This document shows, in pieces, positions 61,715 through 64,000 of a stretch of DNA of 64,000 bases; position 1 is the first letter of the stretch; every line of letters starts with the position of its first letter. The position numbers and the translations under genes are program-made. Where the stretch lies: the NCBI RefSeq assembly GCF_004010195.1, contig NC_057735.1:11013371-11077370 (forward strand), written 5' to 3'. Below the pieces are notes generated by a model. The model made no database searches, was not told the DNA's origin, and saw nothing but the letters and a program-made list of their open reading frames with translations. Source of the DNA: Chiloscyllium plagiosum (Eukaryota).

Positions 61715-63379
61715 ACTATTCATCCAGAGACCTAGCAATGTTTTGGAGAGCTATGTTGATCCCTGCCATGCAGATAGTGGAATTTGAATTCATCAAACAA
61801 AAGAAACTGGAATTAAGAGTCTGATAGTGACCACAAATCTGTTGTCGATTGTCAGGAAACAACCATCGGGTTCTGATGTCCTTGAGGGAAAGGAACTGCC
61901 ATCTTTACCTGGTCTGACCTACACGTGACTCCAGACCCACAGCAATGTGGCTGACTCGGAACAATTCAGAATGGGAAATAAATGCTGGCCTCGTCAGTGA
62001 TGCCTGCATCCAGTGAATGAATAAAATATTCACCGGAAAATGTATTTCTGGAGACCTAATAACTTTGATTCTGGCCATGATAGAAAAGGAACTTCAGCTC
62101 CACATTGTATGTGAAGGGAAATATTAGACCAGGAATTACTGCCATCAGTGTCAGTGAACAAATAACCGATATTCATTAATATTCCCCTGTTCAGATCGTA
62201 TTGCTTGTCTCCAAGGCTCCCTACATCCATTGAGCCTGGATTGGAGAGGTGCTGGAAAAACACAACAGGTCAGGCAGCATCCAAGGAGCAGGAAATTCGC
62301 TGTTTCAGGCAAAAGCCCTCACATCCATTGAACCTGCAGCTAAGTCCCTCAGATGTGATTCAGGTCATTCATTTAATTCAAAATCTCACAATAAATTGTG
62401 CTGATCCTGCATCTTTCACAACCTCAGCACATCTTTAAATCCTACACAACCCACAAAGCTCTTCCCTTTATTGTAATCCTGGTTGTGACGTGGGGAAACA
62501 GAAGCTAATTTGCATACTTGAGAAATTCCCACAAATGTTATCACCAGATAATCTGCTCTCCATCATCTTAACTGAGGGGTGAAGTTGATGAAATACTGAG
62601 TGAATTTTCCTGTTCTTCCTTGAATTGTACCAGCTGAAGGATGTCATGGTCTGTAGTATAACATCCCAACAGTCCCTCCAGCAATAGAGCACTGTTCCAG
62701 GGTCGGACAACATGGAATTTAATCTGTGAAGGGTAATTTGAATTCACAACCTACTAACATCAGAAATCAGGTTGTACAAATGTAGTTTATGGGTAAATTT
62801 TTGTTCACCTGCTGCTGACCCTGATCTTCTCTGAAGCTAAAGCATGTGTCCATTGTCAATAACTGGAGTAAGTGAGGGTATATATACGGCCGCTCAGGAA
62901 AAATGCACTTCTCTTTTAGTCTGACTATTCTAATGTTTCTCACTGAAAGCAACAGTGATGAAACAGTTCCTGCTGTTTAAACTGTTACATTCAAAGATGG
63001 TAAAGGCATCCTTAACTCAGAACCAAGTCTTTGCTCCATTTTGATTCTGATACAGTCAGTTTCTAGTCAATGTAAATCTGAGATTTCTATTTGTAATTTG
63101 AGATGGTGCAATGTTACAGCAAAGAAGAAGGAAGTTTAGAACAGAAGAAGGGTGACTGGATCTGAAAGTTTAAATCTACTTTCTCTCCACAGAAGCTGCC
63201 AGAACTGCTGAGTTTCTCCAGCAATCTCAGGTTTTGTTTCAGATTTGCAGTATCTACAGTTCTTTGAGTTTATTAGCATACTGTCACTTCCCTTTTAAAC
63301 GCTATTATTAACTCTGTTTCTAACACACATTCCAGCCAGCAATCCATGTTACAAAGAATATTTACATCTGGGCCGGGGT

Positions 63380-63715
63380 TTGAGCATAAAATTGAATGCT
63401 GTCACTCCAGTGCGTTGGTGAAAGAGTGCTGCAGGGTTGGCAGTGCTACCTTTTCGGTAAGATGCTAAACTGACATTCAATCTGCCAACTCTGATCAATG
63501 TCAATGATCCAGGGCACTATCTTGAAGAAGAATAGTGCAGTTACTCCAGTAGATGGATAATATTTATCCCCCAATTAAAAATGTCATCTAGTGATTTTCA
63601 CATTGTCGTTTGTGGAAGTTGTCTCTGGACAGATTGATTGTTGCACTTCCTGCATTGCAGGAGTGAGGAGACTTCCACAAGCAATGGCTGTAAATGCTTT
63701 AGATGTCCAGAGATT
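63380..63715 (+). mobile_element. Old Deu-domain SINE (SacSINE1/AmnSINE-like)
   Basis: Motifs gatccagggcactatcttgaagaag...tttatccc...cacattgtcgtttgtgg resemble the Deu domain. Confidence 0.55.
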
Positions 63716-64000
63716 GTGCTCAGTCACTTCCATTTTAGATAAACTCTTTGACACTCTCTCCTGACATCCATCCTAAATGAGAATGCAGGAGCTGGAAGTC
63801 ACAGTAGCTATTTCAGCTGTTGAAGACTCATCAATTTGATGATATTTTATTTTTCTGGGATTACTGGAATTTCTGCAAAGTTTATCCATGTTTTTGAGAC
63901 ATTGTATAATCTTATCCTTATTCAACTGAATTGTCTTTTTCAGATCTATTGAAAACCAGATGGAGTAAATTTGGCCAGATCCAATTTTTCAGACTGACTG

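Overview
Eukaryotic, repeat-rich genomic DNA. The HE1/V-SINE-like tRNA SINEs, CR1 LINEs, Penelope-like elements and a Deu-domain SINE point to a cartilaginous fish (shark); this is an inference. Most ORFs in the track are retroelement debris. Manual splicing of the minus strand reveals a tandem cluster of CD300/pIgR-like (CMRF35-like) immunoglobulin-superfamily receptor genes with a paired-receptor layout. (1) Two intact activating-type genes: gene A 4368-16257 (301 aa) and gene B 22418-31060 (287 aa). Each has a leader, a CD300-type V domain, an FCRL-like C2 domain, a Cys+Ser/Thr stalk, and a transmembrane exon with a charged W-D-V-I-R-W motif and a short tail. (2) One activating-type pseudogene, gene C (about 38515-45709), broken by a stop, frameshifts and a nested CR1-in-CR1 insertion. 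(3) The 3' part of an inhibitory-type gene D (53414-61151): homologous stalk exon, uncharged TM, and a tail with IVYSSI, VIYADL and AIYANV motifs. Its Ig exons are not seen and probably lie beyond 64000. Duplicated sequence at the left edge implies another paralogue off-window. The locus also shows exon-cassette shuffling, microhomology-flanked templated insertions, two LTRs, foldback Penelope-derived elements with hammerhead-ribozyme cores, and possible decayed Ig exons. All gene models were derived by eye from splice signals and reading frame, without transcript data.
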